The notes beneath the pieces are model-generated. The model did not search any database. It saw only the letters and a program-made list of their open reading frames with translations, and was not told the origin of the DNA. A stretch of 64,000 bases of DNA from the NCBI GenBank assembly GCA_048013815.1, contig CM106585.1, positions 24,056,001 to 24,120,000 on the forward strand, written 5' to 3'. Below, piece by piece: positions 60,666-64,000 of this stretch. The first letter of the stretch is position 1, and each line of letters begins with the position of its first letter. This DNA is from Setoptus koraiensis. Its lineage: Eukaryota > Animalia > Arthropoda. Made by a program: the position numbers and the translations under genes.

Positions 60666-63600
60666 ATGACTTGCGTTCGCATCCAAACCTACTAAGTTTG
60701 CTCCTTTGGCGATTCTTGGGCTCCCCTCTAGCGCATTTAGCCGTGGCTGTCTGAACGAGACTATCGAGAATTTCGTCATCATTTGATGTGCTGTGACCTC
60801 TCTGAAGGAGACATCTCTGAGGTTGCTGTTGTTGCTGTTGATGATCTGTCAGGCGTTTATTGTAATAGCTCGATTGATGATCTCCATTCAAGGCTTCCTC
60901 TTCTTCCTCTTCTTCTGTTTCCTCTTGATGGCACGACGATGCTGAGTTTTGTCTTGAGCCATTAGTCAAATGCAATTGTTGCAATTGTTGATTATGCCTA
61001 CTCCTAATCAGTTTAGTCGTATTGGTCATTGTGGACGACCAATGGCCCTCGTCAAATGAGTCACGCGAGCCCAATAACTGTCTTAGTTGTTCATCTCGTT
61101 TTAGCTGTTCTGAACTATTTACAGGTGAATGGCTACTATATCTGTGTTGTTGTAATTGATTGTTATTAGGGCCATATTGTGACGACATTGCTGCTGCTAC
61201 TGCTGATGTTGCCATTGACGACGATGAACTTACCGGCGTAGCCAAATTAATCATTGATATTGATGGCTGTAATTTATCACTGTTCAATTGTAGCTGCTGT
61301 TGCTTAGCTTGTTGCTGTTGCAACATTAGATAATGGTCACTATTTAAAATGAGTTTGCCTCGTGTTTTGTTGCGCTCTTTGAAATTTTGTTTCTTCTGCA
61401 TCATCTCGAGCACACGTTCTCGTTTTGTGCGATACTCCAATGCAAACTCATTGATTATTTTCAATATTTGCTGCGGTTGAGTCTGTTTAATCTGGCTACT
61501 AGGACAGCCCAAATATACTAACAATTTATTGAATCTGTTCAAAACGCGCCTATGAATCACCATTAGAACCATTATGCGTTCGGCACAATCCGTTAAGAAG
61601 TCACTAATTTTAGTGGTCTTTGTTTGTACCTGTTGCTGTTGAGTACTGTTATCATTATTGTTGTTGTTGCTGTTGTTGTTGTTATTGTTGTTGCCACTGT
61701 TGTTGCCGCTGTTATTTTTGTTGTTGTTGTTGTTGTTGTTATCACTTGTAGAGGAACGAGAGGACCTAGATGAGGGCAATACGACCGTTGTTGTGACTAA
61801 TCCAACCGACCCGTTCAAATTGTTATTTGATTGGTTGCCACCAGAACCACCGGCACTACTATTGCTGCTACTATTGTTCATCATACTGGCAAGACCATCG
61901 TGTTTGGCGACAATCTTTAAATAATCCCAGCTGACTTTACAATCGGATTGCATCTTTTGTAAGCTCTTGGCTACTTCATTGAAATCAATTTTGCTAGCGC
62001 GATTCACAGCGCCAAATTCGCTATATAAATCACTGGTTTGATTTGGCTGCGGATATTTTTCTTGGATAAATTGACACAAATGATGCAATAAAGAATGCTT
62101 ATGTACGGTGTCTTTCACTTCGGGCACTTTAGACAAATAATCTATTTGGAAGCCCTTGGCGTCGCTTGAATTGAGAAAATTTCCAATGGCCAATAGTGTG
62201 CCCAATACTATTCTAAATGTTTCAGATTTTTCAATCTCATCAATGGCCTGTTTGAGATCCATCAATGGTTCGGCTACCTCTTTCTCAATGGTGACATAAT
62301 CCAATTGGAAGGCCCACAATTTAAGTCTGGCCTCGAGAGCACTAATAGAGGCCAAATTCAACAGAAATTGTTCAGCAGTACCCAATGGCGTGTCCGGATT
62401 GGCCAATTGTGCCTCGATAATTCGCGATTTTTCCTCTTCGGTGGGCATCATTGTAGTCAAGATCTTTTCAATACCTTCGCGATTCATTATCGTCGAATCC
62501 ATTTTGAGGATGGCACTTTTTATGGTTCGCATTGGCGGTAATTTAGTCATGCCAATATTGATGGCATTAGAGCGTTTTGCGTCCAACACCGTTATTTCAA
62601 TCTTTTTAACGCCACCCAAACCGTCCTGGCCGCGTCCCTTGCTCAACAGCAACAAATCCTTTGCTTTCGATTCAAACAATTGCTCCAATTTAACTGTGTC
62701 TATTGGGGCCGGTTTGATTTCGTCCCAAATAGTTCCACGACGTTTTGTTAATCTGGCCAACAGTGATTTGTCCTCTTTCACTTCTTTCCAAAACAATTTC
62801 ATTGTCTTTTTGCTCTTGTTTCCATATTTGGATGACAGTGTTAGTGAATTAGTCGAATTGGAAAAATATAAGCTCGACATTGAGCTAGCGGAGCGCATGC
62901 CGCCCGTCGAGCAGCCATTGGTGCCAAATATGACGCCATTGTTGGCTTTTGTCGCCAACCCATTTGGCACCATAGTGTTGTAAAGACAAACAGAATTTCT
63001 GTGATTATTATAATTAATATTGGCCCGTCCGCTGTCGCAAGCCGGCGGTGGCGACGGAGGCGGAATAGGTGCGGGTGTAGAGCACGGCGTCGTGTCATTG
63101 GGTAAGCCCGACAATGACATTGTGTCGTTGTCATATGGCGGCGACGGACTTAGCAAACAATTTTGCTGCGATGATCTGTGATGATGGTGACTAGATGAAT
63201 GATGATTATTGTTAGCACTAAAGCCACCAATTGTGTTAAACCACGACATGGATGACATTGGCGGCGGCGGCAACGGAGGCGGCGCCATTGAGCGCTGATT
63301 GAGATTTGGCGAGCCACTTCCGGTGCCACTGTCAAACGAATCTTGACTGTCTATAGATAGGCTAGATGAAGTGTGCAGAGTTTTTGGTTGTTGTTGTTGC
63401 TGTTGATTTAGTATGTTGTCATCATCATCGTCGTGAAGATCGGTAAAATCAAGATCATTTATAAGTAGTGGACGTGTGACACCTTTTTGCATTAAATTCT
63501 CCCATTTAAACAAATGATTGTGCCCTTGAGATTGTTGTTGTTGCTGCAATTGCTGATTGGGATAATTGTTTTGTTTGTTTGTTGTTGATGATTGATTCAA

Positions 63601-64000
63601 ATTTCTGCTGTATTCCGAATTGCCAATGATGGCATTGCTGCTGGCCGGGCGCGGTGGCAGTCTCTTGCAAACATTGTTCGCGGGTGCCACTTGTTGTTGT
63701 TGTTGTGCCTTACTGGCATTTATTTGATTGGCCAAAACAGATTGCAGAGACTTTTGCGCCAATTGTGGCTGCTGATTGTTACTAAATAGTCGCTCTTGTA
63801 TAGACTTGACCGATTTGCTATTACCATTCGCTGGCGATTGTTGAACTGCATTTTTGTCCAGTGTTGTCTTACTATTACTATTATTATTGTTATTGCTATT
63901 ATTATTACTATTACTATTATTATCATTGTTGTTACTGATAGATGATGGTTGATGCTTGGCCAATGAGCGCGCATTATTGTTGCCACTACCGTTGGTTATA
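60666..64000 (-). CDS. FHOD: FHOD/Fhos formin (FH1, FH2, DAD); large exon open beyond the right edge
   Basis: Contains HLFKWE, polyproline FH1, MKLFWKEV, LEQLFESKAKD, VLDAKRSNAINIGMTKLPP.RTIKSAILKMD, PLGTAEQFL, GNFLN...KGFQIDYLSKVPEVKDTVHKHSLLHHL, EFALEYRT.RERV and DAD DDEILDSLV. The frame is stop-free to base 64000. Confidence 0.95.

Overview
AT-rich, AAC/CAA-microsatellite-rich eukaryotic (arthropod) DNA. A compact, intron-poor mite genome is my inference from gene content and structure, not a proven assignment. About ten protein-coding genes, left to right: (1) cyclin L, minus strand, running off the left edge and absent from the ORF track; a 142-bp hAT-type MITE with an 8-bp TSD lies just upstream. 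(2) A rhotekin-like gene, probably with a first coding exon at 2.8-3.5 kb joined across a ~23.4-kb intron to the HR1/anillin/PH exon at 26.9-28.55 kb. (3) Nested antisense in that intron, a two-exon AChE-like carboxylesterase. (4) Also nested antisense, an orphan secreted 503-aa protein. (5) An intronless low-complexity protein with Myc-box-I-like and HCF-binding motifs but no bHLH. (6) A divergent HP1 (chromo plus chromo-shadow). (7) A TRMT2A-like methyltransferase whose catalytic residues are substituted. A ~20-kb tract with no recognisable coding exons follows, rich in short tandem repeats and GGGGCC motifs. (8) An orphan 985-aa single-pass membrane protein. (9) POC1. (10) The 3' part of an FHOD/Fhos formin, running off the right edge. 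I recognised no rRNA, tRNA, snRNA, known miRNA or CRISPR array. All homology calls come from recalled motif similarity; no searches were run.
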